Notes under the pieces: model-generated | What the model saw: the letters and a program-made list of their open reading frames with translations, nothing else | The model's database searches: none | What the model was told of the DNA's origin: nothing | Origin: Octopus sinensis | Lineage: Eukaryota | Assembly (NCBI RefSeq): GCF_006345805.1 | Contig: NW_021835459.1 | Span: 1-64,000, forward strand | Direction of reading: 5' to 3' | Length of the DNA stretch: 64,000 bases | Position numbers and translations under genes: made by a program | Shown: piece after piece, positions 50,915 to 63,085 of the stretch | How the letters are laid out: every line of letters begins with the position of its first letter | How positions within the stretch are numbered: the first letter of the stretch is position 1

Positions 50915-51270
50915 CCATGGTTGTGTGATGAGAAGTTTGCATCCCAGCCACATGGCTCTGGGTTCAGTTTTGCTGCATGGCACCTTGGGCAAGCATCTTC
51001 TTCTATAGCTTCAAGCTGGCCAAAGCCTTGGGAGTGGATTTTGTTGGCAGAAACTGAAAGAAGCCTGTTGTCTCTCATCACTGCTTGACAATTGATGTTG
51101 GTTTGTTTATGTCTCTGTAACTTAGTGGTTCAGCAGAAAAGACCAGTAAAATAAGTACCAGGCATAAATTGAATAAATATTAGGGTCATTTCATCCGGCT
51201 AAATCCCTTCAAGGTGATGCCCCAGCATAACTGCAGACCATTGACTGAAAACAAGTTAAAAAATAAAAGA
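50915..51270 (+). mobile_element. SINE family A, diverged
   Basis: ggttgtgtg.tgagaagtttgc...gggttcagt...caccttgggcaag..tcttcttctatagc...ttgactgaaa. Confidence 0.75.
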
Positions 51271-51281
51271 TATGTATATTA

Positions 51282-51758
51282 CAGGGTGTGTAAAATATTT
51301 GAGGACAGATTTATGCTTATAAAAAAAAACATATAATAACAGATAACTTTATTTATCAAAAATTATTATGAGGATAAAAATATACCTTCTTTTCTATAAT
51401 GTTATTCAATAAAGCCACCTTCAACTTCAACAACTGCTTCTATATGAGACCTAAGTCATATATATGCTCGAATCAAGTGGTCCTGGTTCATTTTGGACAT
51501 TACTTTGACTATGGCAGCTTCCAAAGAGTCTTTGGTGTTATGGGTGTGTTCATTGACCTCTCTCTCAACAATGTTCCACATGTAATAGTCCAGTAGATTA
51601 AGATCTGGGGAATTAGGAGGCCAGATATTAGGAGTTTGTGACCATGAACATTTTCAACAACCCTTTCCTGTGTTACTAGTCATGTGTGATAGTGCAGAGT
51701 CTTACTGAAACACATGACCTTCCATTTCATACACTGTCAATCCAGGGCTTAACAATTT
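51282..51758 (-). pseudogene. 3' fragment of a second DD37D-type (maT-like) transposon
   Basis: TA-cagggtg TIR start at 51280-51288. Minus translation IVKPWIDSV...VFQ*DSALSH...PNIWPPNSPDLNLLDYYMWNIVEREVNEHTHNTKDSLEAAI...IEAVVEVEGGFIE*. Confidence 0.85.
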
Positions 51759-52105
51759 CGAAACGCAGAGTAGATGAAACAAAGGCGGCTGAAGAAGGGG
51801 AATATTCCTTGTGTTGTATGTCTTGTACTCTATTTTTTCGTTGTTTAAGAAAAATGTCCATTTCCTTGGTTTTGTGTTATGTTTTCGTTTCTCATTGTGT
51901 TCGACGTTTTTTTGGTGTCCTGTACCCATATATGCATGTATATACACATATATCGATGTAGGTATGTACATATATGTATGTATATATGCATATGTTTTAT
52001 TTATTATTTTATTATATGATAGAATGCCACGCATCCACTTCTAAGTAAGCTTTATCTTTATATATATATATGTGTGTATATATATATATGTGTGTGTATA
52101 TATAT

Positions 52106-52224
<119 letters not shown>

Positions 52225-53537
52225 GTATATACATATATATACATATACAAAGCATAGTATAAAGTATAAGTAGTTGGACACCACCACAACTACCACCAGT
52301 AGCTATTATGCTCTCATTATATGTAGGTCACATTTATATTTGTGGATAAAGATCATAGATTCAGCTGATCATGTTCCTGACTGTTTGAGTGATGACCCTG
52401 AAAAAAAGCTGACTGTCCTAGAAGAGGGGAGGGGTGAAGGAAATAATATCTTAATCAAGCAATGCAAATTCAATTCAGAGGGCTTTATAACAGTTTTTCT
52501 ATTTATATTCTGCCTCACCATATCATCTTATAAAAGGAAGAACAGACCAGAGAGTTACAAACAGTTAGCTTGTGCAATTGCTGCTAATCAAAAGCTCTCT
52601 GTACTAGATACCAATAATTTTCAGGGGTCATCAGAAGAGAAGGTGCACTGTTTCTGGGTCTTCCTCTCAGTGACATTATAATACACTGGCTCTCACACAC
52701 CAATATGAGGCCCTGCTTACTGGATCAACAGACTAGTATTTAATCATTAACATTTGATCTAAAGTCCTTCATCTCAGGATCATATACATGTACTATACCT
52801 GAAAAACAGATGGATGGTCACAGCTGAAATGCATTTGATCAGAGATTAACTTAATCTGAGATAACTTGGTGTTAAACAACAACTAAGCATAATCCTATTT
52901 GGCGCACACAGTAAATGCTGTCGTGAATGTTTGTAATTTTTATACTTTTATTGCTTAGTCAGAAGAGAAAAGGACAATGTCAACGATTGTTTATGGCTTC
53001 TAAGACTGGCAGAAGAAAAGAAGAAAGTTATCTTCAGATTAAAGACTTGCTTCAAATGTTTGAAGTAGAGTGTAGTCTACTAAAGCCATCAAAGGGTCAA
53101 GTAGTGATATCAACCCAGCTGATAGATTACGTCTACCAATCAAGAGCAGAGGTAATCCTTCTGATGGGTGACCACAGTTTCTGTCTACCAAATTTTACTC
53201 ACAAGGTGCAGGTATGGCTGTGTGGTAAGTTTGCTTCCCAACTATATGGTTTTTGAGTTCAGGCCCACTCCGTGGGACTACAACCCTGGGCAGACCAAAA
53301 GACTTGCAAGTGGATTGGTCAAAATGCTAACCCTAACCCTAACCGTAACCCTAAGCATTTTGCCTAATGCTTAGCAGTATTTTGTCCATCCTTACATTCT
53401 GAGTTCAAGTTCTGCTGAGGTTGAGTTTACCTTTCATCATTTCGGGGTTGATAGAATAAGTATCAGTTGAACACTGAGGATAATGTAATCGATTTGTCTC
53501 TGGCCCCAAAATTGCTGGCCTTGTGCCAAAATCTGAA

Positions 53538-53830
53538 ATCAAGATATTCTCCTTCATCGTTCATCACTTCTAGCCAAATATTCCAATATCTTGTCAATGC
53601 CTTGACAATAAAAATAGCAAGGTACAGACCTGAAGAATTCATTGAGCCATGTTTTCAGCTCCACATCATTGCTGAGCAAAATGTTTTGCAGACTGTTGGA
53701 GAGCTACTGAGAAAGGTAATAATCTGAAGGAACTATACTAGGAGAACATGACGGGTGCTGTAGAACTTCCTAACTGATCTCTTAGGTAACATGTTTTGGG
53801 GACAATCATTGTTGTATTGAGCAGGGTCAT
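53538..53830 (-). pseudogene. Mariner (DD34D) transposase C-terminal remnant
   Basis: Minus translation EVLQHPSCSPSIVPSDYYL...LKTWLNEFFRS...FYCQGIDK...EVMNDEGEY (cf. WEVLPHPPYSPDLAPSDYHLF). Confidence 0.8.
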
Positions 53831-54367
53831 TTACCTGATGGAAAGAAAGTTTTATCTTCCTTTTCTTACTAACAGTCACTTTTGTCTTAGCTAGGTTCTT
53901 GAGTTAACCAACTGAAAACTTAAAAGTTAGATTCATGTTTTGATAACTTTTTTTCAAGAAATAATTTTTGTATCTTTTTGGCTTTCATACATTTTTCTTT
54001 AAACTCATTTCATTACTAAATGTCAAGCTAAAATACATAGGCATTACTGAGGAAGTATCTTTGCCTATATACTCTTTAAAATTAGTTTATTTTGTCTGTA
54101 AAATTTTCTTGGCTCTGCATTATACTGACACAATTATTATTTTAAAATATACTTAGGAAAAAAAATTACTGAAATAGAATTATAGTAAATACAGTCAGTC
54201 TGCTATGATTTGTGTAGTTGTTGGTTTTTTTTTTTTTTATTCTTTGATAAGGTTGGTTGAAATGTCCAGAAAGATGATGGACTTGTGAGTCACTTTGGCT
54301 CAATCACTTAGCAATTTTCTCAGTGTAGGTCTTTTTCAAGCAGTGCTGAATTAGTTTAACCAATGAT

Positions 54368-54520
54368 ATTGGTTTTAAATTTTGGCACAAGGCTAGTAAT
54401 TTCAGGGCAGAAGTTGAGTAAATTACATCGACCCCAGTTCTCAACTGGTACTCGTTTTATTGATTTCAAAATGATGAAAGGCAGAGTTGAGCCTGGTGGA
54501 ATTTGAACTCAGAATGTAGT
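54368..54520 (-). mobile_element. SINE family B, short form
   Basis: attacatcgaccccagt.ctcaactggtact...gatgaaaggca.agttga.cc.ggtggaatttgaactcagaatgta. Confidence 0.75.
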
Positions 54521-54679
54521 TAAATACAATTTAGTTTTTAACTTTTTGTAGTTTGTAGAAGCTTAGGCTGCCTCCATAAAGCTGGGAAATCCAGAAATCT
54601 GAGCTACTTCCAGTCCCAAGTTTACTGGATATTTGGTGCAGTTCTGTATCTATGTATGCATATATGTATTCTTTTAATC

Positions 54680-55085
54680 TTTTATTCTTTTATTCTTTTA
54701 CTTGTTTCAGTCATTTCACTGCAGTCATGCTGGAGCACTGCCTTAAAGGGTTTCAGTTGAAGAAATCGACACCAGGACTTATTCTTTGTAAGCCTAGTAC
54801 TTATTCTATCAAACTCTTTTGCTAAACCGCTAAGTTATGGAGATGTAAACCCGCCAACATCAGTTGTAAAGTGATGGTAGGGGAACAAACACAGACACGT
54901 AAATACATACATATATACATATGACGGTGTTCTTTTCAGTTTCTGTCCACCAAATTCACTCACAAGGCTTTGGTTGGCCCAAGGCTTTAGTTGAAGACAC
55001 TTACTCAAGGTACCACACAGTGGGACGGAACCTGGTACCATGTGATCAGGAAGCAAGCATCTTACCACACACCCACGCCTACACC
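54680..55085 (-). mobile_element. SINE family A, full length
   Basis: Reverse complement match to family A along its length. Confidence 0.88.
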
Positions 55086-55121
55086 TATGTATGTATATAA
55101 ACATGTGTGTGTATATACATA

Positions 55122-56001
55122 CAGGGTGCGATGGGTAAATTGTCACCATTTTATATTTTTAATTGTGTGCATGTGCATTGTTTTTCATTTTGTTGACTAT
55201 ACAGTATAGTAGGGTCAGTTGGGCACCATTTACCAACAGCACCATGACATAATTCACTCTGCCAGAAATTTGGAAATGGCATACTGTACTGCTTTGCATT
55301 CATGCTAGAAGCTCCAATACAAACATTTCAGAGTGTTTGGATGTCAATATGAGAACTGTGAAATCAGAGGACATGTACTGAGAGTGATAAAAATCAAACA
55401 TCCAATCAACATCATGGTGTTTGGAGTGATCACTAGTGATGGCGACGTTATACCTCCATTCATCTTCCCACACGGCCTCAGACTTAACACAGAGGCTTAC
55501 ATCAAATGCCTCGAGGAAGTAATGCTGCCCTGGGTCAAGAGGGTGGCTGCTGGAAGACCCTATGTCTGGCAACAAGACTCTGCACCATGCCACACAAGCA
55601 GCAGAACCTAGTCATGGCTGTCAGACAATTTCTGTGAGCACATCACCACTAACATCTGGCCGCCTAACTCTCCAGACTGCAATCCCCTTGACTATTATGT
55701 GTGGGGTGCAGTTGAGTGAGAGACCAACAAAACTCCTTGTAACACCAAAGATGAACTGAAGTTAAGGATTATGGTAGCATTCACCAACTTAAACAAGGAG
55801 AGCATCCAGTAGAGTCGCAGGAGATTTTGAAGTTGTCTTGAGGCCGTGGTTTAAGCCAATAGCGATTTTATTGAATAAATTTACTCTTTAATATTTGAAG
55901 AGATTTTTGTGTAATTTTGGTAAATATATCTGTTAAAATGAGATGTCAGTGTTATTTTAATTTTTGTATAATTTAGATGACAATTTATTCACCACACCCT
56001 G
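55122..56001 (+). mobile_element. Internally deleted DD37D (maT) transposon, copy 2, with TA TSD
   Basis: TA-cagggtgcgatgggtaaattgtc ... gacaatttattcaccacaccctg-TA. I count 37 residues between the D of QQDSAP and the D of NPLDYY. Confidence 0.92.
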
Positions 56002-56021
56002 TATATGTGTATATATGTATA

Positions 56022-56103
<82 letters not shown>

Positions 56104-56112
56104 TTTCAAATT

Positions 56113-56390
56113 TCAGTTGAATAAAGTTAAGAGATGGTCTGGTTTACACATTTTTATTATGCTATTTTATCATTAAAAAAAATTTTGTAATTCTCATAAA
56201 GTTAAATTACTGCTTTTATACAAAGAGCAATCCTCAGATTTCAAACGTGTTTACCTGTCAGTTTAACACATTTGAAATCTGATGTTTACTCTGTGTATGA
56301 AACTGCTAATTTAACTTTATGAGCATAACAAAATATTTTTTTTATTACTAAAATACCATAATAAAATAACTTTTAACTTTATTTAACTGA
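56113..56390. repeat. AT-rich fold-back inverted repeat, ~125-140-bp arms
   Basis: tcagttgaataaagttaa...ctcataaagttaaatta...tcagatttcaaacgtgtt / aacacatttgaaatctga...taatttaactttatgag...ttaactttatttaactga. Confidence 0.88.
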
Positions 56391-56421
56391 TACATACATA
56401 CATACCTACATAAATATATAT

Positions 56422-56472
<51 letters not shown>

Positions 56473-56750
56473 GGTCAGGATTTAAGTAAATCAGACACTT
56501 AAATGGTAAAGCACCAGGTCAGGTCAAAACACAGAGGAACACATATATGGGTACTGAAGTACAGTTGGAGAGATATTCAGGTTATGTATACAATTAACTT
56601 TACTCAACTGAGTATATCATGAGCCCCGAAGCTAACCTAGGAAATGCACATCGCACTAAATGTACAGTCTATAATATACTTCAGATCCACACAAGGAGCA
56701 GATTCTGAGTGAGGTGAATAATAAATAACAAACAGATGCATAATGTGGCA

Positions 56751-56836
56751 ATCCACTACAACTGTTTCCAATGAGTTTTTAATTGATTAATGGAGAAATT
56801 ACATCTTTAGAAGAAAACCATCATCATCAGATGAAT
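56751..56836 (-). ncRNA. Type I hammerhead ribozyme candidate with intact core
   Basis: Minus: ATTCAT-CTGATGA-tgatggtttt...aaaactcattg-GAAA-CA gt TG-TA-GTGGAT. 6-bp stem I (with G-U pairs), extended stem II, short near-palindromic stem III and a GUA cleavage triplet. Confidence 0.7.
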
Positions 56837-57487
56837 ACATGAATTACAACAGTCAAAATCATTCAAAAGCCAACAGTTTGAGCCACTTCATGATTCTATG
56901 ACCAGTGTTGTTCAGAAGAATGAATTTGTTTGTTCAGTTTGGTAGTAGTACAAGAGAAAATACTGTCAGGCACCTGTAGGTGGGTAACAAAGACTTATAG
57001 CAATGAAAGAGATAAGAGGATGGGGTAGGGGGAAATCAGATATCAAAGCATCTTGCTCCTACAACTAAAATAGAGTTAATTTCTTTTATCTTTTACTTTT
57101 ATTCAGAAAAAGGTTTGGGGGCTAAGTTCAATGGGTAAGGTCAACCAGTTATTTGTTTATGTATTTCACCAGCTTCTATGGTATATGCCCACTTCAATGT
57201 TAGAAAAAACTGTAAAAAAGAAAGGATAAAATACAATAACGTGTAAAAAGTGAATTGGGAAAAATAATAGAATATATAATAACCATAATTTGATAAATAA
57301 GTATGATGTTATAAGATGAATCAAAATATACGAAAAATAAGAAAATATGAGTAAAAATATGGTATAAATTTCTAAGCCATGATTTGAGTCGTATAAAATA
57401 GATAAGGCTGACTGTAGTCATAAATGCATTTATATTAAGAATTTGAAGTGTATAATAAAAATCAAAGACTAAGTATTTATACATAGT

Positions 57488-57822
57488 GTGCAGGAGTGGC
57501 TGTGTGGTAAGTAGCTTACTTACCACATTGTTCTGGGTTCAGTCCCACTGCATAGCACCTTGGGCAAGGATCTTCTACTATAGCCTTGGGTCAAAAAAAG
57601 CCTTGTGGGTGGATTTGGTACACGGAAACTGAAAGAAGCCCGTCTGATATATGTATATATTTGTATGTGTGTGTGTGCAGTTCAGCAAAAAAGACTGATA
57701 GAATAAGTATTAGGCTTATAAAGAATAAGTCCTGGGGTTGATTTGCTTGACTAAAGGCAGTGCTTCTGCATGGCCGCAGTCAAATGACTGAAACAAGTAA
57801 CAGAGTGAAGAGAGTAAAGAGT
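57488..57822 (+). mobile_element. SINE family A, internal deletion
   Basis: gtgcaggagtggctgtgtggtaagtagc...catggccgcagtcaaatgactgaaacaagtaa. Confidence 0.88.
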
Positions 57823-58159
57823 GCATACAACATAAAGGATATGAGTACATAATATATAAAATATTTTGTATTATAGATTATAAATAAACAGATATAAATA
57901 GTGGTGCCCCAGCATGACTGCAGTTTTAAAGCTGAAACAACTTATAGAATTTAAAGAATATATCAATATAAATGCACCTATTAATAATAGTAAAATATAA
58001 ATTCAAAGTAGTATGACTAGTTTATAAGCATGAAAAAGTATATTTCAGAGTATATTTTATGAAAGTATGCATTGAGAAATGCAGAATTGTTACAAATAAT
58101 ACAGCCATATGATAAAAGATATAATATAGATAAAAAATATAAAAATTCTAGAGTATATA

Positions 58160-58321
58160 GGCGCAGGAGTGGCTGTGTGGTAAGTAGCTTGCTAACCAAC
58201 CACATAGTTCCGGGTTCAGTCCCACTGCGTGGCATCTTGGGCAAGTGTCTTCTGCTATAGCCCCGGGCCGACCAATGCCTTGTGAGTGGATTTGGTAGAC
58301 GGAAACTGAAAGAAGCCTGTC

Positions 58322-58359
<38 letters not shown>

Positions 58360-58552
58360 TTGTGTGTCTGTGTTTGTCCCCCTAGCATTGCCTAACAACC
58401 GATGCTGGTGTGTTTACGTCCCCGTCACTTAGCGGTTCGGCAAAAGAGACCGATAGAATAAGTACTGGGCTTACAAAGAATAAGTTCCGGGGTGCTCCAG
58501 CATGGCCGCAGTCAAATGACTGAAACAACTAAAAGAGTAAAGAGTAAAGAGT
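58160..58552 (+). mobile_element. SINE family A, near full length, CpG-retaining (young)
   Basis: ggcgcaggagtggctgtgtggtaag...gggttcagtcccactgcgtggc...gcagtcaaatgactgaaac...(agagtaa)n. Confidence 0.92.
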
Positions 58553-58870
58553 ATATAAAGCAATCTTTAAAATCAGTGAGATAAAAATTGGACTAGTATG
58601 AATTGCATAATAGTGTGTACGGAACAGGTTTTTATTCATAGTTCCTCCTTCCCCTCCCTCCCTCTATCTCTTTCCCTTTCCTCTCCCTCCTCTGTCTCCT
58701 TATCACTCCATATCCCCCTTTCTATTTCCTTCATATCATCCTCCCTCTTTCCCTCTCCCTATCGCTCCATACCCTCCTTTTCTCTTTCCTTTATATCTTC
58801 CCCTCTACCTCCTTCTGTCTCTCTCACTTCCTCTCTATCCTACTACCCCCTCTGGGCTTTGAAAACGAAG

Positions 58871-60030
58871 ATGGCACCAAACTGGGAAAGCAAGGAACTG
58901 AACCTGTTGCAAGCGTGGTTAATTGCTAGCAGCGATCCTCCAAACAACATAATTACTGCCACACTGAAGAACAATGGTTTCTGTAGAACCTTTGAGCAAA
59001 TAGAATGGAAGAAAAATGAATTCATCCAAATCCTATATCTTTATTAGACCATACATTGACACTTTTGATGTCATCATGGAAAATAATTGTGACAAGGCTG
59101 ATAGGAATAGGGAAGATGAAGCTAGAACCAGAAGTCCCTCTGATTCAGTGGTCTCACCAAAAATGGATCCTCCACCCCTGTGAACAACCAGGCTGATAAG
59201 GATATGGAAGATGAAGAAGCAATAACCAGAAGTCCCTCTGTGCCAGTGGTCCCACAAAAAATGGAGCCTTCACCCTTATGGACAATCAGAGGAATGCAAA
59301 GACTACCACTAGTAAAGGAAGGAAAGACCATGACCACAAACGTAAAGAAGGAAGAGGAGAGAAAGGAAAAGGAAAAGAGGAAACTACTAAAACTGAAACC
59401 CAAAACCACCAAATAAAAAACAAACGCAACTCAAATATGGAGGCTCCAATGGAATCCGAAACTCTAGAGGAGAGAAAAATTAGAGTGAAGACAAAGGCAT
59501 GCAAATTTTACCTGCAAGGCAAATGTTGGCATGGGGAAGATGGTACAAACTGCCGGTTTGTTCACCTGAAACCCCACCAAAATTGCAGGGGCCTTAAGGA
59601 GAAATACTTCCCCGAGGAAAGGCACCAATCGTCTCCAAAGAGAAAGTATGCAAATGCAATGTGCTCTTTAGATGTTATGCGTAAGGCAACAGCTGAGCAA
59701 GAGTCTTTTTTGTGCAAGGTACAAAAGATTGTGCAGCAGCTGACCTGACTACATCATGTGCAAACATGGAACCTTGCTCACCCTAACACCTGCACAATCA
59801 TCACGCTGATATTTTTACTAAATATTGGAGGCCTGTTGCATCACAACAACAAAAGCAAAATCTTTTTTCCTGAGAGACCTTGCTGCATGGCACTCACAGA
59901 AACTGATCTGAGGCTTGATATAGAGGATGTAGAAGTACATGCAGCAAAATATACCATACTGGAACAGACAGAAGGGAAAGGAGCCATGATAGAAGGTAAA
60001 GAGAAAATACAGTGGCCAGAAATGGTTGGA
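58871..60030 (+). pseudogene. LINE 5' remnant: ORF1 (Myb/SANT-like, ~96-bp repeat, CCCH finger) and start of APE endonuclease
   Basis: MAPNWESKELNLLQAW...ITATLKNNGFCRTFEQIEWKK; CKFYLQGKCWHGEDGTNCRFVH; then LLNIGGL...KSKI...MALTETDLRLDIEDVEV (APE motifs N..GL and TET.L). Confidence 0.7.
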
Positions 60031-60272
60031 TAAAACAGGAGCTAGAGGGTTATGTAATACTTTTAAAATATTTAAAAATACGAAGGATTTTCTGAATGCA
60101 TGAACTCCAACACCTAATTTATTATTAATTAATTTATCATTGTTCCTTTTTCTTAATATTTCATATAGCTTCATACCACACACACACACACAGACACACA
60201 CGCGCGCGCGCACACACACACACTCACACACACATTCTCTCTCTCTCTCTCTTTCACACACACACACTCTCC

Positions 60273-60309
<37 letters not shown>

Positions 60310-60455
60310 TGCTGAACAATGAAAATGAGTGCTCAACACTGTATTGGTGGATAGAATTTCTTTATTTGTGTATTAAGGCTACCATTGGTTTCATGTTAAG
60401 AAAGTTATCTTAATATCCTAACAATTTTTCAAGCTGATCACATGGAGGAATGATG

Positions 60456-60502
<47 letters not shown>

Positions 60503-61249
60503 CATGCAAAGCATAATTAGCAAAAAGTTAAATATGAAAGCAAGAAAGAGTACACCAAGTACAAGATTGCAAACCACAATGTGGTTTTATGTATTGGTGC
60601 TAAAGAATGGTCTTTAGGAGAACTAGAAAACCACTTGAGATGTCATGTCAGTGTTTGGTAGAACAAGGAGTCATAAACAGAAGTGAATAGATACACTAAC
60701 ACAATTGTATACATATGTGTATGGATGCAAGTATGTAAGTATGTTTGTATGTTGGTTTGTATATATTGATACCTGTTATATGTGTGTGTATGTAATTATG
60801 TATATACAATCACTCATATATATATGTGTATGAATACCTATTTATAAATTGAATAATAGAACACACATACATGTGTATATATATGTATATATATGTGTGT
60901 ATGTGTGTGTGTGTATGTGTGTACATGTATTGTTACACGGATGTATATATGTGTATGATGTATTCATGTATATACATGTATATACGTAACTTTGGTACAT
61001 CGGTATGATACCATCCTATTTATAGAATAACGAAAATGGCAATAGCAATATAGTTTGGCCATATCATTTCTGAAGTCATTAATGATTTAAGCAAAATTAT
61101 TCCAATTGGTAATAGAAATAATGTCAGAGACTTGAGTTGTGGAGAGCTGAAAGCTATAAATATACACAAAATTGACATGTTAATAGCTGTGTTCAAGTGT
61201 GCGTGTGCGTGCGTGTGTGTGTGTGTGTGTGTGTGTGTATTTATACTTA

Positions 61250-61780
61250 GATAAGTTTCAGCCAGATTGGCCCAGGCCGTATCTAACTTAATAGCTCCAC
61301 TTGGAAAGGACATTTAATGATGCCTCATATTAATCATTCTTTAGGCATGACAGCCCATTCAAGTAAAGAGTTATTGTTGCCGAGATATATCCGGAGATAG
61401 GCAATTTATCTGGAATTTGTTAGAGATATATGTCCAGGAACTGCTTAAATATTAAGGGATATTTTCCTTCTATTATGTGTCTTAGTATGATGTTAGTGGG
61501 AGCAGGTCCGGTTGAGGAGAAATAGTTCTGTTTTAGTGTTGCGATGTGATACGAAAATGATTTTTGTAGAGGATGGACAGCATAGAAACCAAGCCTCAGG
61601 TGAATTTTTACATGAATGCCGACATCATTTGGGCAGTGCTGTTGGAATATTTTCTCTCTCCTACAAATGATATAGTGCTGTTGGAGATGTTGGAGGGAAT
61701 AAAGACTGAGTTATTCAAGACAGTCCCAACAAACAAGACCTGTCATGCTATCTATTTTCCTTGTGATTGATCACTGGATG
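61250..61780 (-). pseudogene. CR1-type LINE ORF2 C-terminal remnant
   Basis: Minus translation LYSLQHLQQHY...KIFQQHCPNDVG...HLRLG...NYFSSTGP...FKQFLDIYL*QIPD...GY...NNSLLEW (cf. LYSLQRRRERY...FK..LD.FL..IPD.P). Confidence 0.75.
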
Positions 61781-61973
61781 ATCTCTTTTATCTTATATTT
61801 ATCTTGTAAACAAATAATACAATATTACAAGCATTTTATAAGCATTTTATAATGTTTCTTTCTTTTCTGGAAACTCGCTGCGTATTGGCAGCTGATGGCT
61901 CATGGACTGGCACCAGTCCATGGACCACTACTTTGAGTAGCACTGATTTAGATGACAGTTTATTCCTTGCACC

Positions 61974-62022
<49 letters not shown>

Positions 62023-62193
62023 CCTATATATATATATATATATAATTGTTAAAGAAGACAACAAACACTAAGGAAAGACAAACATCTCGAGTCATATATG
62101 CTATTATTATTGGAATTCCAATAACAATAACATGTATATGTACAGACACACACAAGCACGAACACACATCACATACATACACATATATATACA

Positions 62194-62478
62194 CATCATC
62201 ATCATCATCATCGTTTAGCGTCCGTTTTCCATGCTAGCATGGGTTGGACGGTTCTACTGGGGTCTGTGAAGCCAGAAGGCTTCATCGGGCCCAGTCAAAT
62301 CTGGCAGTGTTTCTACGGCTGGATGCCCTTCCTAACACCAACCACTCCGTGAGTGTAGTGGGTGCTTTTTATGTGCCACCCGCACAGGTGCCAGACAGAG
62401 CTGGCAAACGGCCACGAACGGATGGTGCTTTTTATGTGCCACCGGCACGAGGGCCAGGCAAGGCTGGCAACGGACAGC
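62194..62478 (-). mobile_element. RTE LINE 3' UTR (family C)
   Basis: (cat)n cgtttagcgtccgttttccatgctagcatgggttggacgg..., with two subrepeats. Confidence 0.85.
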
Positions 62479-62665
62479 ATGTATATAAATATATATATAT
62501 GTATATGTTGGTGTGTGTGTGTGTGTAGGAGTGTCTTTGTGTTGCTTCCACACTACTGCTTGACAATTGGTGTTGGTTTGTTTCTGTCTTTGAAACTTAG
62601 TGGCTCACTAAAAAACATTGATGGAATAAGTACCCACCATGAAAATTAGCATTGGTGCCACTATA

Positions 62666-63085
62666 GGTGCAGGAGTTGCTGTGTAGTAAGTAGCTTGCTT
62701 AACAACCACATGGATCCGGGTTCAGTCCCATTGTGTGGCACTTTGGACAAGTGCCTTCTACTATAGCCTCAGGCCGACCAAAGCCTTGTGAGTGGATTTG
62801 GTAGATGGAAACTGAAAGAAGCCCGTCGTATATATGTATATATATATATGTATGTGTGTGCATATGTTTGTGCGTCTGTGTTTGTCCCTCCCCCCTAAAA
62901 TCGCTTGACAATCGATGCTGGTGTGCTTACGTCCCCATAACTTAGTGGTTCAGCAAAAGAGTGATAGAATGAGTACTAGGCTTACAAAGAATAAGTCCTG
63001 GGGTCGATTTGCTTGACTAAAGGTGGTGATCCAGCATGGCCACAGTCAAATGACTGAAACAAATAAAAGAGTAAAAGAGTAAAAG
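62666..63085 (+). mobile_element. SINE family A, full length
   Basis: Colinear with 58160-58552. Confidence 0.9.

Noticed and set aside
50224-51008. Poly-Ser/Pro/His/Ile/Thr ORFs
   Set aside because: Translation of a (CAT)n/(CAC)n array that is open in several frames.
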